A stretch of 61,487 bases of DNA, counting the filler. It is 4 parts of 4 records of this genome, joined end to end, with 100 filler letters (N's around TTAATTAATTAA, not from the genome) between each part and the next. Parts side by side here need not be neighbours in the genome. Positions count along the whole stretch, not along the records: positions 25,849 to 37,736 come from SRR20825006_1011; positions 37,837 to 53,096 come from SRR20825006_1023; 2 more parts are not named here. One strand, 5' to 3'. The position numbers were made by a program, and so were the translations under genes. How positions within the stretch are numbered: position 1 is the stretch's first letter; each line of letters opens with the position of its first letter. Positions 29,153-38,422 of this stretch are shown piece after piece. The notes under the pieces were generated by a model. It made no database searches. It saw only the letters and a list, made by a program, of their open reading frames with translations, and had not been told where the DNA came from.

Positions 29153-31294
29153 TCATGGCTGCAGAACAGAAACCCCATAGGCCCCAAGTTCGAGTGTGCC
29201 GGAATGGCTGGTGCCGGTCAGAAGATCTGTCGCCGGCGCGGCAAGCGTAACGCTAGCCGGCTCGTCTGTCGTGTTCAGGATGAACAGAAGCTGCGCGCCG
29301 TTCGCGCCGATGCGTTCGGTTACTTCGACGGTTTCGGGCGCGTCCGGCAGAAGCGGCAGGACACCATCGTCGCGCAACAGGTCCACCAGCCTTTCTGTCA
29401 GTTCGTCGGTCAGATAGGTGCCGGCATAGATGGCCTTGCCCTTGCCGATCCGACGCATCGTGACGGCGGGCTCGCCATCGAGGAAGCGATTGCCCCAGGA
29501 CATCAGGGCTTCCACGTCGTCTTCTACGATCAGCTTCTCGTAGAGGTGACTTGCTGGAAACGTTGTGTTGCCATGGCGCAGAAGATAGCGGCGGCCGGCC
29601 GAGCAGGCGGGCAGGCGCGCCACACCCGATGCACTGAAACCTGCCGCGGCACCCGGCGGCTCGAACAGACCGTCGCTTTCAAGTGCCGCGAGGCGGCCGA
29701 ACTCCTCGACCCGAACGCCGAGCATGTCTGCAAGGCCATTTCCGGGGGCAAGTTCTCGGTGAATATGGTTGTCGCGGGTGCGCGTTCCTGTCATGGCCGA
29801 AACGATCAGGGTTCCGCCATTTTCGACGAAACGCCGGACATTCTCGGTCCAAGCATCATCCCACATCAGGAAATGCGGAACGTAGAGCGCTTTCAGGCGG
29901 GAGAGATCGTCGGACGGATGAATGAAACCCGTGGCCACATTGCGACGATAGAGGGTCCGATGCAGGAGGAGGCCGTCTTCCAGCGGCGACGGCAGGCCCA
30001 TCGGATAGGTGCGGTAGGCTTCCTGATTGTCGAAATCGGCGCCGGCGATGCCGACATCCATGCGGACGCTGGAGCCGATCAGCTGTTTCTCGATGGCGGC
30101 GATATCGCCCGCAAACTGCTTTGCCTCTTCGTAGCGGCGGCGCGGGACATCGTCATGATCGATGATGCCCATCCAGTAGATTTCCGCGCCGAAATGGGCG
30201 GGACGCCAGCGGAAGAACATCAGGCTGTCGGCCCCGCGCGCGACCGAACTCATGGCCATGCGCCGCATCTCTCCGGGTTCCGGCGTCATGGTTGAGAATG
30301 TCGGTTGGCTGCCGAAGCCGGAAGCCTGCTCGGGCACGATGAAATTACCGCTGTAGGCCCGGCAGATATCGAGCTGCAGCGCTTGGGTATAGGCATGGCC
30401 GCCAGTGCGGCGCATTTCGTCGTAGAGCATCGGGTAGATGTCGAAGCCGATAAAGTCGAGATCCTCGCCGAACTGGCCGCGGAAATCGATGTCCTCAAGC
30501 TGCCCGAGATTGTGGAACACGAACCAGTCCGGATTGACCGCCCGCAGGATCTCAACCTGATCGTGCTGGAAGGCGGCCGTGGCATCGGCGAGGAAGCGAT
30601 GATAGTCCTGACGGTGGCCGGGCGACACATGGCCAGGCGCCATCGGCAGCGGTAGCACCACCTGGTCGAAATTGTCGTAATGGGTGGCCCAGAAATCGCC
30701 GCCCCAAGCCGCGTTCAGCGCATCGATGGTCCTGTAACGCAACTGACACCATTTGCGGAACTCGGCAGAGCAGCTTTCCGAAAAACTCAGCGACGTTGTG
30801 GTGTTGAGTTCGTTGTCCGTCTGCCAGCCGATTACATCCGGATTGTCCCTGTAGTGCTCTGCCATTGCGCGGGTGATCCGGCGGGAATGGTCTCTCAGCA
30901 CCGGGCTGGTGGTGTCGGCGTGCTGGCGCGAGCCGTGGCTTGCCTGCCGTCCGTTTTCGTCGACGCGCAGCATTTCGGGATGCGCCGTTGTCAGCCAGCG
31001 CGGCGGCGTTGCCGTCGGCGTGCACAGGATGGTCTTGATGCCGTGGCGGGAAAGCACCGCGATGGCGCGGTCGAACAGATCGAAATCGAAATGGCCCTGA
31101 TAGGGTTCCCAGATATGCCAGGCAAATTCCCCCATGCGCACGGCGTTGAAGCCGGCTGCCGCCATGCGCTCGGCATCGCGCTCCCAATAGCTCTCGTCCA
31201 CATGTTCGGGATAATGCGGGACACCGATGATGAAGCGGTCGATATTGATCGGACGCCACACCGACAGCGGCGCGGGTTTGTTCTTCTTCTTCAT
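29153..31294 (-). CDS. GH42 beta-galactosidase
   Basis: HYPEH, VRMGEFAW, TPTATPPRW, WQTDNE (acid/base), PEQ (nucleophile region), FFRWR; trimerisation domain. Confidence 0.93.
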   Translation of the reverse strand: MKKKNKPAPLSVWRPINIDRFIIGVPHYPEHVDESYWERDAERMAAAGFNAVRMGEFAWHIWEPYQGHFDFDLFDRAIAVLSRHGIKTILCTPTATPPRWLTTAHPEMLRVDENGRQASHGSRQHADTTSPVLRDHSRRITRAMAEHYRDNPDVIGWQTDNELNTTTSLSFSESCSAEFRKWCQLRYRTIDALNAAWGGDFWATHYDNFDQVVLPLPMAPGHVSPGHRQDYHRFLADATAAFQHDQVEILRAVNPDWFVFHNLGQLEDIDFRGQFGEDLDFIGFDIYPMLYDEMRRTGGHAYTQALQLDICRAYSGNFIVPEQASGFGSQPTFSTMTPEPGEMRRMAMSSVARGADSLMFFRWRPAHFGAEIYWMGIIDHDDVPRRRYEEAKQFAGDIAAIEKQLIGSSVRMDVGIAGADFDNQEAYRTYPMGLPSPLEDGLLLHRTLYRRNVATGFIHPSDDLSRLKALYVPHFLMWDDAWTENVRRFVENGGTLIVSAMTGTRTRDNHIHRELAPGNGLADMLGVRVEEFGRLAALESDGLFEPPGAAAGFSASGVARLPACSAGRRYLLRHGNTTFPASHLYEKLIVEDDVEALMSWGNRFLDGEPAVTMRRIGKGKAIYAGTYLTDELTERLVDLLRDDGVLPLLPDAPETVEVTERIGANGAQLLFILNTTDEPASVTLAAPATDLLTGTSHSGTLELGAYGVSVLQP

Positions 31295-31334
31295 GACGAA
31301 ACCTTCAGAATTCTCTCAATGCGGTAGGGCGCCA

Positions 31335-32471
31335 TCAGGCGCCGATGGTTTTCTCGGTGGTCAGCGTCCGGCCGTCAGGCCCAAAAAGGTAGGCGCTACT
31401 GGTATCGAAGCCGAATGTCACCGTGCTGGCTTCGGCCGGAATGTCGCCTTGTCCGGCAAGCAGTGTCACGTCGGAGGTGCCGGTATCGGACCCAACGGTC
31501 TTCAAGACACCGGCATCCGCGTAGAGCACCGTTTCCCGGCCCAATTGCTCCGAAAGGCGGATCTTTGCCTGTGCTTGGATCTCGTGATCGTCGGACAAAT
31601 GCAGATGCTCCGGGCGGACGCCGACGGCCACCGTGGCATTCTTGGTCAGGCCGTGACCTTGGCGGATATTATCGAAGGCAAGCGGCGGCAATCCCTCGAC
31701 CTCAACGACAACGATCTTGTCTTCGGTGCTCGCGACCTTTCCCTCGAAAAAGTTCATTCGCGGTGAACCGAGGAAGGATGCGACGAAGCGGTTCGCAGGG
31801 TTGTGATAGAGGGCGAGCGGGGTACCGACCTGTTCGATCAAGCCGGCTCGCAACACAACGATCCGGTCGGCCATCGTCATCGCCTCGATCTGATCGTGAG
31901 TCACGTAGATCATCGTCGCTTTCAGGTCTTTGTGCAGCGTTGCCAGCTCCACGCGCATTTGTGTTCTCAGTGCCGCGTCCAGATTGGAAAGCGGCTCGTC
32001 AAACAGGAAGACGTGAGGCTGTCGGGTGATGGCCCTGCCGATAGCCACCCGCTGCCGCTGGCCGCCCGAAAGTTGGGCCGGTTTCTTTTCGAGAAGCTCC
32101 TCGATCCTGAGGATTTTTGCAGCGCGCTGAACGGCGGCCTCGATTTCCTCGACCGGACGTTTCATGATCCTCAGGCCGAAGCCCATATTCTGCCGCACAG
32201 TCATATGCGGATAGAGCGCGTAGGACTGGAAGACCATGGCAATTCCGCGATCGCCGGGCTCTTCGCGGGTCACATCGTGCCCGGCGATTTCGATCGTGCC
32301 GTTGCTGACTTCTTCCAGCCCGGCGATGGTCTTGAGCAGCGTGGACTTACCGCATCCTGACGGGCCGACCATGACGACGAACTCGCCCGGCACGATATCG
32401 AGATCGATATTTTTCAGCGCGTGAAATGGTCCATAATGCTTGTTGACGTTCTTCAATGTGACATTTGACAT
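31335..32471 (-). CDS. Sugar ABC transporter ATP-binding protein
   Basis: GPSGCGKST, VFQSYALYPHM, LSGGQRQR, FDEPLSNLD. Confidence 0.95.
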   Translation of the reverse strand: MSNVTLKNVNKHYGPFHALKNIDLDIVPGEFVVMVGPSGCGKSTLLKTIAGLEEVSNGTIEIAGHDVTREEPGDRGIAMVFQSYALYPHMTVRQNMGFGLRIMKRPVEEIEAAVQRAAKILRIEELLEKKPAQLSGGQRQRVAIGRAITRQPHVFLFDEPLSNLDAALRTQMRVELATLHKDLKATMIYVTHDQIEAMTMADRIVVLRAGLIEQVGTPLALYHNPANRFVASFLGSPRMNFFEGKVASTEDKIVVVEVEGLPPLAFDNIRQGHGLTKNATVAVGVRPEHLHLSDDHEIQAQAKIRLSEQLGRETVLYADAGVLKTVGSDTGTSDVTLLAGQGDIPAEASTVTFGFDTSSAYLFGPDGRTLTTEKTIGA

Positions 32472-32493
32472 ACTCGAAACTCCTTTTTGCCTT

Positions 32494-33345
32494 TCAGCCC
32501 TTGACCGCGCCCATGGTCAGGCCGGAGACGAAATGCTTCTGCATCAGGAAGAACATCAGCACGGGAGGAATGGCGACAAACAGCGTGGCGGCGGAAATCA
32601 CGTTCCAGGCGGAAACCCATTCGCCGCGAAGGTTCGCGAGACCGGCGGTCACCGGTTTGACCGCGTCGGTTTGAGTCAGAACGATGGCCCAGAAATAGTC
32701 ATTCCATATGAAGGTGAAGAGCAGGATCGCAAGCGCCGCGAGCGCAGGCCTGACAAGCGGCACGACAATGACCCGCAATATCTGCATGGGCGAGGCGCCC
32801 TCGGCGCGGGCTGCCTGGAAAAGCTCCCCCGGAAGCGCTGCAATGAAGTTGCGCATGAACAGCGTGGCGAAGCCGAGCTGAAACGAGACATGAAACAGGA
32901 TCAGCGCACCATAGGTGTCATAAAGGCCGAGCGAGACCATCAGGTCGCGCACCGGGATCATGAACACCTGATAGGGCATGAAATTGCCAGCGATGAAGGC
33001 CGCGAACAACAGCGTCGATCCCGCGAATTTGTGACGGGAGAGGACAAAACCGGTCATCGTCGAAAGCGCCAGAACAAGGATTACCGACGGTATGGTAATG
33101 ATCAGGCTGTTGCGGAAATAAACCAGCATGTCGGTCTGCTGGAAAATCGCCGCATAGTTTTCGAGGATGTTGAACCTGGTCGGCCAGCCCCAGTAATTAC
33201 CGGCCATGATGTCGTCGAAGGTCCGGAACGACGTCATGATGATCGCTGCGACGGGCAAAAGCCAGATGGCAAGCACCGTCCATACGCCGGTCATGTAAAG
33301 AACGCGGTTCATGCGGTGCGATGGGGGTATGGGTTTTGGATACAT
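32494..33345 (-). CDS. Carbohydrate ABC transporter permease (MalG type)
   Basis: EAA-like loop ELFQAARAEGA, WNDYFW. Confidence 0.93.
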   Translation of the reverse strand: MYPKPIPPSHRMNRVLYMTGVWTVLAIWLLPVAAIIMTSFRTFDDIMAGNYWGWPTRFNILENYAAIFQQTDMLVYFRNSLIITIPSVILVLALSTMTGFVLSRHKFAGSTLLFAAFIAGNFMPYQVFMIPVRDLMVSLGLYDTYGALILFHVSFQLGFATLFMRNFIAALPGELFQAARAEGASPMQILRVIVVPLVRPALAALAILLFTFIWNDYFWAIVLTQTDAVKPVTAGLANLRGEWVSAWNVISAATLFVAIPPVLMFFLMQKHFVSGLTMGAVKG

Positions 33346-33348
33346 CGC

Positions 33349-34230
33349 TTAAGCCCCGTTTTCGTTTTTCAGAAGGTTTGCGAGATACCAGACGATGAAG
33401 ATCAGCATGATCGCGAACAGCACCGTGGCAATTGCCGCGCCGTAACCGTAGCGATAGGAAAACAGCGATTCTTCGTACATCTGATAGGCTAGGACGCTGG
33501 AGGAGCCGAACGGGCCGCCCGATGTCATCACGGAGATAATATCGAAGGAGCGAAGCGCGCCGATCATCGAGATCGCCAGTGCGATGAAGCTGACCTGCTT
33601 GAGTTGCGGCAGCACGACATGACGCAGCATCTGCCAGCCGCGCGCATTGTCGACGCGTCCGGCGCCGATAATCTCGGAATCGAGATTGTTGAGCCCCGCG
33701 AGGAAAAGCACCAGGCAGAACGCTACCTGTGGCCAGAGTCCGGCAAAGACGACCGCGAAAGTCACATAGCGCTCGCTTGAAAGAAGGGCTGGCGCTTCGG
33801 CGCCGAAGAGGCCGAAGATCTTCGCAAGAATGCCGAAGGTGGGGTCATAGAACCAGCTGAAGATGACACCCACAGTCACCAGTGAAAGTACCAGCGGCAT
33901 GAAAAACAGCGATTTGGCGATCCGCATTCCGGCGATTTTCTGGTTCACCAGAAGAGCGATTGCCAGGCCGAGCGGAGGGGCGAGCAAGAACACCACTAAC
34001 CAGATGGCATTGTTCTTGAGCGACATCCAGAATTGCGGATCTGTCCACAATTCCCGGTAATTCGCCAGTCCGACATAGACGGCCGCGCCGAAACCGTCCC
34101 ATTCGTGCAGCGAAATCCAGAAAGTTCTGAACGCTGAAAAGACGATGACGCCGAAGAACAGGATCAGGCCGGGCGCAAGAAGAAGAGCGGGCGTCCACCG
34201 CTGCAGCATTTTCTGACGAGGCGTTGTCAA
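33349..34230 (-). CDS. Carbohydrate ABC transporter permease (MalF type)
   Basis: VGLANY, AGRVDNA, MTSGGP, YGAAIA; TTG start with GGAGG RBS. Confidence 0.93.
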   Translation of the reverse strand: MTTPRQKMLQRWTPALLLAPGLILFFGVIVFSAFRTFWISLHEWDGFGAAVYVGLANYRELWTDPQFWMSLKNNAIWLVVFLLAPPLGLAIALLVNQKIAGMRIAKSLFFMPLVLSLVTVGVIFSWFYDPTFGILAKIFGLFGAEAPALLSSERYVTFAVVFAGLWPQVAFCLVLFLAGLNNLDSEIIGAGRVDNARGWQMLRHVVLPQLKQVSFIALAISMIGALRSFDIISVMTSGGPFGSSSVLAYQMYEESLFSYRYGYGAAIATVLFAIMLIFIVWYLANLLKNENGA

Positions 34231-34260
34231 GAAGACCTCCCTTTTTCAAAATCGAATGCA

Positions 34261-34302
34261 ACCGGCGACGGCGGCCGGGAGAGAGTGGCCGCCGCCGTCG
34301 GT
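34261..34302. other. Intercistronic stem-loop after the SBP gene
   Basis: ACCGGCGACGGCGGCC...GGCCGCCGCCGTCGGT; typical mRNA-stabilising hairpin position in sugar ABC operons. Confidence 0.55.
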
Positions 34303-34304
34303 GT

Positions 34305-35552
34305 TCAGAGTGCGCCGTAAGCGCGTTCGCGGGCGCGCTCGATCTGGGGGAGGATACGGTCGACTCTGTCCGGATGAACCATGAACTCCTGAAAGCCCTT
34401 CAGCCCTGCCTGCGCGACGTCCGGGCTGGTGTCGCGATCGAAATACTGCGATGTGCCGTCGACCTCTTTCAGCGCATTGGTTGCCATGGCGACAAGCGGG
34501 TCACTGGTCAGGTCTACATCCGTGCGGGCGGGCACATTGCCTTCCGGCTGCACATAGGCCTTCAGGTTTTCCGGCTGATAGAAATAGGCGAGGAATTCAC
34601 GCGCGACTTCAGGATGCGGCGCGCCGGAAGGAATGTGGATGGAATCGACCGAGAAATCCTCAAAACGCCCGACCGAAGGATCGACGGTCGGGAACAGCTG
34701 GAAGCGAACCTGGTCGAGTTCGTCTTCGGGGAAGGCCTGCTTGATGAAGAGACCGAGATCCATCATACCGGCGCGCTTCTGGACCAATGCGGCGGCGGCC
34801 TGTTCCCAGGCGTAGGACGTGGCGTTCTGGGTGAATAACCCCGCATTCACGGCTTCCGCCCATGTGTTCATGACCTTAACGATGCGGGAATCGGTGTAGG
34901 AGACCCTGCCTTCCATGAGGGCCTGGTGGAATTCGAGACCGTTGATCCGCAGGTTGAAATGGTCGAAGAGCCCTGCGGCAGGCCACATGTTCTTTGTGCC
35001 AATTGTGATCGGCGTCAGTCCTTCCGCCTTGGTCTTTTCGCCGAACGCGATGAGATCTTCGAAGGTTTCCGGCGGCGTCAGCCCATGCTCGTCGAATGTG
35101 TCCTGCCGATAGAAAAGGCCCCAGAGTGTGCCCGAGGTCGGCAGGCCGTATTGCTTGCCGCCAACCGTGACCGCGCTCATCGAGGGGACGACCTTCTTCC
35201 AGCCCTCCTGATCCACGAGGTCGGAAATGTCGGCGAACAGGCCGCGTTCCACGAAGCCGCGCATACGTTCGCCGGAAAACCAGAAGCAGATGTCCGGCGG
35301 GCTCGCCACCAGATAGTTGCGAATCGCGGTCTTATGGGCCTCGTGATCCATATTGTTGACCGAAACCTTGACGCCGGTGGCCTTGCCGAACTCGGCAGTG
35401 ATCGTCTCGAGTGCGGCGCGCTGACCGGGATTTCCCCGGTTCGAGATCATCACCAGTTCACGTGACTGCGCGATCGCCGGCATCGATAACGATACCGATG
35501 CTGCTGCTGTCGTGGCAAGAAATGAACGCCGTGTGAGTGTGAAATTCGCCAT
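34305..35552 (-). CDS. Sugar ABC transporter substrate-binding protein with Tat signal
   Basis: LTRRSFL twin-arginine motif; DHEAHKTAIRNYL, QYFDRDT. Confidence 0.92.
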   Translation of the reverse strand: MANFTLTRRSFLATTAAASVSLSMPAIAQSRELVMISNRGNPGQRAALETITAEFGKATGVKVSVNNMDHEAHKTAIRNYLVASPPDICFWFSGERMRGFVERGLFADISDLVDQEGWKKVVPSMSAVTVGGKQYGLPTSGTLWGLFYRQDTFDEHGLTPPETFEDLIAFGEKTKAEGLTPITIGTKNMWPAAGLFDHFNLRINGLEFHQALMEGRVSYTDSRIVKVMNTWAEAVNAGLFTQNATSYAWEQAAAALVQKRAGMMDLGLFIKQAFPEDELDQVRFQLFPTVDPSVGRFEDFSVDSIHIPSGAPHPEVAREFLAYFYQPENLKAYVQPEGNVPARTDVDLTSDPLVAMATNALKEVDGTSQYFDRDTSPDVAQAGLKGFQEFMVHPDRVDRILPQIERARERAYGAL

Positions 35553-35578
35553 GTCTGAACCTCCCTTTGGCTGGATTG

Positions 35579-35635
35579 ATCATGCACATCGCAAAACTTC
35601 GAGTCAAATTAATTTAATAAATAAAATAAATGAAA
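35579..35635 (-). promoter_or_regulatory. Sigma70 promoter and AT-rich candidate ROK operator/UP element of the GH42 operon
   Basis: Minus strand TTGACT-N17-CATGAT (35607-35579) preceded by a nearly pure A/T tract at 35608-35635. Confidence 0.6.
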
Positions 35636-35923
35636 CATCTCGCTTTTTTGACTGAGGTAAGCTTGTGGACCACCATCTCGAGCCGATCGAACGGGTTCCT
35701 ATTCGCCGTGCTCAGCACTATCTTCTGTCTTGTTGGAGAAAACTGTCCTGAGGGCTCCCACTTTTGCGGACAGAAGAAAAAAGCCGCAGCCTCCGAAGCG
35801 GAGACGTGCAACTGACTGACTGGAAAGGGGTCGGTAGCCGCCCGGCGGCTATGAGGTGATTTGCTGCCTGTCTGCTTTGATCTATGACAGGACGAAAACG
35901 GACGAACGAAAAGGCGTAAAGGT

Positions 35924-36559
35924 TTGGCTACCGTGAAAGAGATCTTCGTGGTGACACATACTGAGGCGACCCATCACCTGGAGAATAAGGTTGGGGGTTG
36001 GTACGACAGCAACTTAACTCATCGCGGCTCGCAAGAGGCAGATGCCGTCGCCGAGCGCCTTGCAGTCCTGATCGGTACAGGCGAAGTCGAAATCTACAGT
36101 TCCGACCTGCGACGTGCGGCTCAGACAGCGGCTGCAATCGCCAAGCGTATGGGTCAGACAGCGCAGGAGACCTCAGCCTTGCGAGAAATCAACTACGGGG
36201 TCGCGGGTGGCAAACCCCAAGAATGGCTGGATGCACGTTACACCCCGGCACCAGATGATAATAGGCTGGATCATGATTGCGGCATTGAAGGCGCCGAGAC
36301 GCGGCGCGACGTTGCAAACCGAGTGTTTCCTTTCGTTGATGACGTTGTGGGACGTCCTTGTCAGACACAGATCATCGTGACGCACGGCTTTACGCTTAGC
36401 ATGGTCGTCGCGGCGTGGATGAGAATCCCTATCGACGCGGCAGGTTTCGTTGCTTTCCCTGTCAAATCGGGAAGCATAACCCAGCTCAGACAGGACGATT
36501 TCTTCCAAAACCGAGCTGTCATCTCCATAGGGGACGTGGCCCATTTATTCGGAATTTGA
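35924..36559 (+). CDS. Histidine phosphatase (phosphoglycerate mutase) family protein
   Basis: VVTHTEA (variant of RHG), SSDLRRAAQTA, LREINYG, IVTHGF; TTG/GTG start. Confidence 0.85.
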   Translation: MATVKEIFVVTHTEATHHLENKVGGWYDSNLTHRGSQEADAVAERLAVLIGTGEVEIYSSDLRRAAQTAAAIAKRMGQTAQETSALREINYGVAGGKPQEWLDARYTPAPDDNRLDHDCGIEGAETRRDVANRVFPFVDDVVGRPCQTQIIVTHGFTLSMVVAAWMRIPIDAAGFVAFPVKSGSITQLRQDDFFQNRAVISIGDVAHLFGI

Positions 36560-36606
36560 CGGTTGCGATGTGCGGCCCATATGCGGTTGGGCGACCAACA
36601 AAGTCA

Positions 36607-36633
36607 GTCGGGCGGCGATTCATACCGCCCGAC
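36607..36633. terminator. Hairpin between convergent genes
   Basis: GTCGGGCGG-N9-CCGCCCGAC. Confidence 0.5.
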
Positions 36634-36639
36634 CAGCTG

Positions 36640-37152
36640 CTAGCCGATCAAGCGCAGGCGCGCATTTTCGAAAGCGTAGCCATCATCATCAAGAGGGCGG
36701 CGTGACAGCTCTCGAAACCCGAGTCCGATGTAGAAAGCTACTGCCTGCCGGTTGGCGGTGTACACCTCAAGCTCCAGCTTACCTTTGAGGTTCAGAGCGT
36801 GAGCGACAAGCCGGCGTCCGATGCCAAGTCCTTGCCGATCGGGAGCAACAAAAATTCCGCCAATGAAGGTGTCGAGCAGGCTAATGAAGCCGCAGGGTTG
36901 ACCACCCACACATGCCACCCAAGTCTCGGCATTAATGTAACCGTAGACGTAGAGCTTCAAAAGGTCGGCCGGATCGTAACCCGGCCGGTCGGTCTCCTTC
37001 GCAGCAACACGTATGAAACCGGCTCTCGCCAGGTCCAACTGATCAACGAAGGCTTCGATGAAACGGACCGGGTTGTCCGGAACGACGTAATCGTCAACCG
37101 CTTCCGGCAGAAGCAGTAGTTGTGCGCGGTCTGTTCCTGAAAGATGTGCCAT
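36640..37152 (-). pseudogene. In-frame chimera of IS1182-family transposase N-terminus and GNAT acetyltransferase C-terminus
   Basis: MAHLSGTDRAQLLLLPEAVDDYV.PDNPVRFIEAFV...RPGYDPADLLKLYVYGYIN (DUF772-like) joined near 36931 to AETWV...GFISLL...FVAPDRQGLGIGRRL...EVYTANRQAVAFY (GNAT motifs A and B). Confidence 0.8.
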
Positions 37153-37629
37153 GGTAAAGTCTAACACGGCAAATCGATTTGCGGAATCGCCGACGGCTTA
37201 TGGTGCCGTCTGTGGGTGCCCTGCTGGTGGGATGAGCATGGAAAAGTCTGTCGCCAAAGATCATAAAGCAACTTACCCGGATCCAATCGCAGTCAAAGTC
37301 GGCGACATAATCACCCTGTCCGGTAGAACGGATATATGGGATGGACATACTTGGCTCTGGGCAGAAGGCCCGGACGGCAAGGCTGGATGGGTACCAGACT
37401 CTCTCGTGAGCTCCAGCGATGGGGTGATGCAAGCTCTCCGCCAATACTCCGCCACCGAGCTCACATGCCAAAAAGGGGCATTCTAGTCGTCATCGAAGAA
37501 GCGCACGGGTGGGCATGGTGCCAATCAGACAACAACAAGCAAGGTTGGGTACCTTTACAGAACCTTTCGCCCACAGAGTCTTGCGAAGTCTTCCATTGTC
37601 AGAGGCCCAAAGAGTTTTAGGACGGTCTG
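36931..37629 (-). mobile_element. Truncated IS1182-family remnant (candidate left end to transposase 5' part)
   Basis: Transposase 5' fragment plus candidate terminal repeat GAGTTTTAGGACGGTCTG (37612-37629) followed by TTAG; end assignment is from recollection of IS1182 termini. Confidence 0.55.
37232..37620 (+). pseudogene. Tandem SH3-domain protein, frameshifted near 37470-37480
   Basis: Frame 1 YPDPIAVKVGD...WLWAEGPDGKAGWVP...YSATELTCQKG; another frame continues ILVVIEEAHGWAWCQSDNNKQGWVPLQNL; shift at CAAAAAGGGGC. Confidence 0.75.
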
Positions 37630-37705
37630 TTAGAGTTCCGCGACGACATCTCGCCGAGATCGGTTTTGGTCATCACATAGCATTTGCAGGGATCGTTCCC
37701 ATGCT

Positions 37706-37736
37706 TGTGAGAACGGCGGTGCAAAAGTCGGCCACG
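37706..37736 (+). mobile_element. Probable IS21-family terminal inverted repeat at contig end
   Basis: TGTGAGAACGGCGGTGCAAAAGTCGGCCACG starts with TG and resembles rhizobial IS21 ends as I recall them; the assembly breaks here. Confidence 0.5.
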
Positions 37737-37836
37737 NNNNNNNNNNNNNNNNNNNNNNNNNNNNNNNNNNNNNNNNNNNNTTAATTAATTAANNNNNNNN
37801 NNNNNNNNNNNNNNNNNNNNNNNNNNNNNNNNNNNN
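37737..37836. other. Artificial contig linker
   Basis: N44-TTAATTAATTAA-N44. Confidence 0.99.
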
Positions 37837-37869
37837 AAACCGGATTTCGCCCCGCGCCATCGTCACCGG

Positions 37870-38229
37870 TCAGCTCCCCCTGTAAGTCGCGTAACCGTAG
37901 GGAGACAGCAGCAAAGGCACATGAAAATGCTGGTCCGCATCCTCGATACCGAAGCGCAGCGGAATGGTGTCGAGGAACAGGGTGCCATCTCCGACATGGC
38001 CCGCCGATTTCAGATAATCGCCAGCATGGAAAAGCAACTCATAGACGCCGGGCGTAAAGCTTTCGCCTTGCGCCATCGGGCCGTCCGTGCGCCCGTCCGC
38101 GTTCGTCACCGCATGCGAGACAGGTTGCGGCACGCCACCGGTCAGCCGGAAAAGCTCGATCTTCAGCCCCGCCGCCGGTTTCCCTGCCGCCTGATCAAGC
38201 ACATGAGTCGTCAATCGTCCTGACGCCAT
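37870..38229 (-). CDS. uraH: 5-hydroxyisourate hydrolase
   Basis: LTTHVLD, TNADGR, HFHVPLLLSPYG, C-terminal YRGS. Confidence 0.96.
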   Translation of the reverse strand: MASGRLTTHVLDQAAGKPAAGLKIELFRLTGGVPQPVSHAVTNADGRTDGPMAQGESFTPGVYELLFHAGDYLKSAGHVGDGTLFLDTIPLRFGIEDADQHFHVPLLLSPYGYATYRGS

Positions 38230-38422
38230 AGCAAGTCTGCCCCTGTTTTGCCGGGTTGATCCCGGTTGCAGTCTTTGCACGACCGCGTTCTTTGACTGAA
38301 TTAGATTGTCTAGGAATTGTATATGAAAGGGGGCTTGTCATAAGACTCTTTCAAAATTTTGTTGAATGTCCGCCGGGCGGTTCTCTGGAACGATGGCGCC
38401 CGCAGGCATGAGAGGAAGAAGT

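Noticed and set aside
35630-35815. Short ORFs upstream of the sugar SBP and in 41830-42293
   Set aside because: No convincing RBS or motifs; they overlap promoter-like AT-rich DNA
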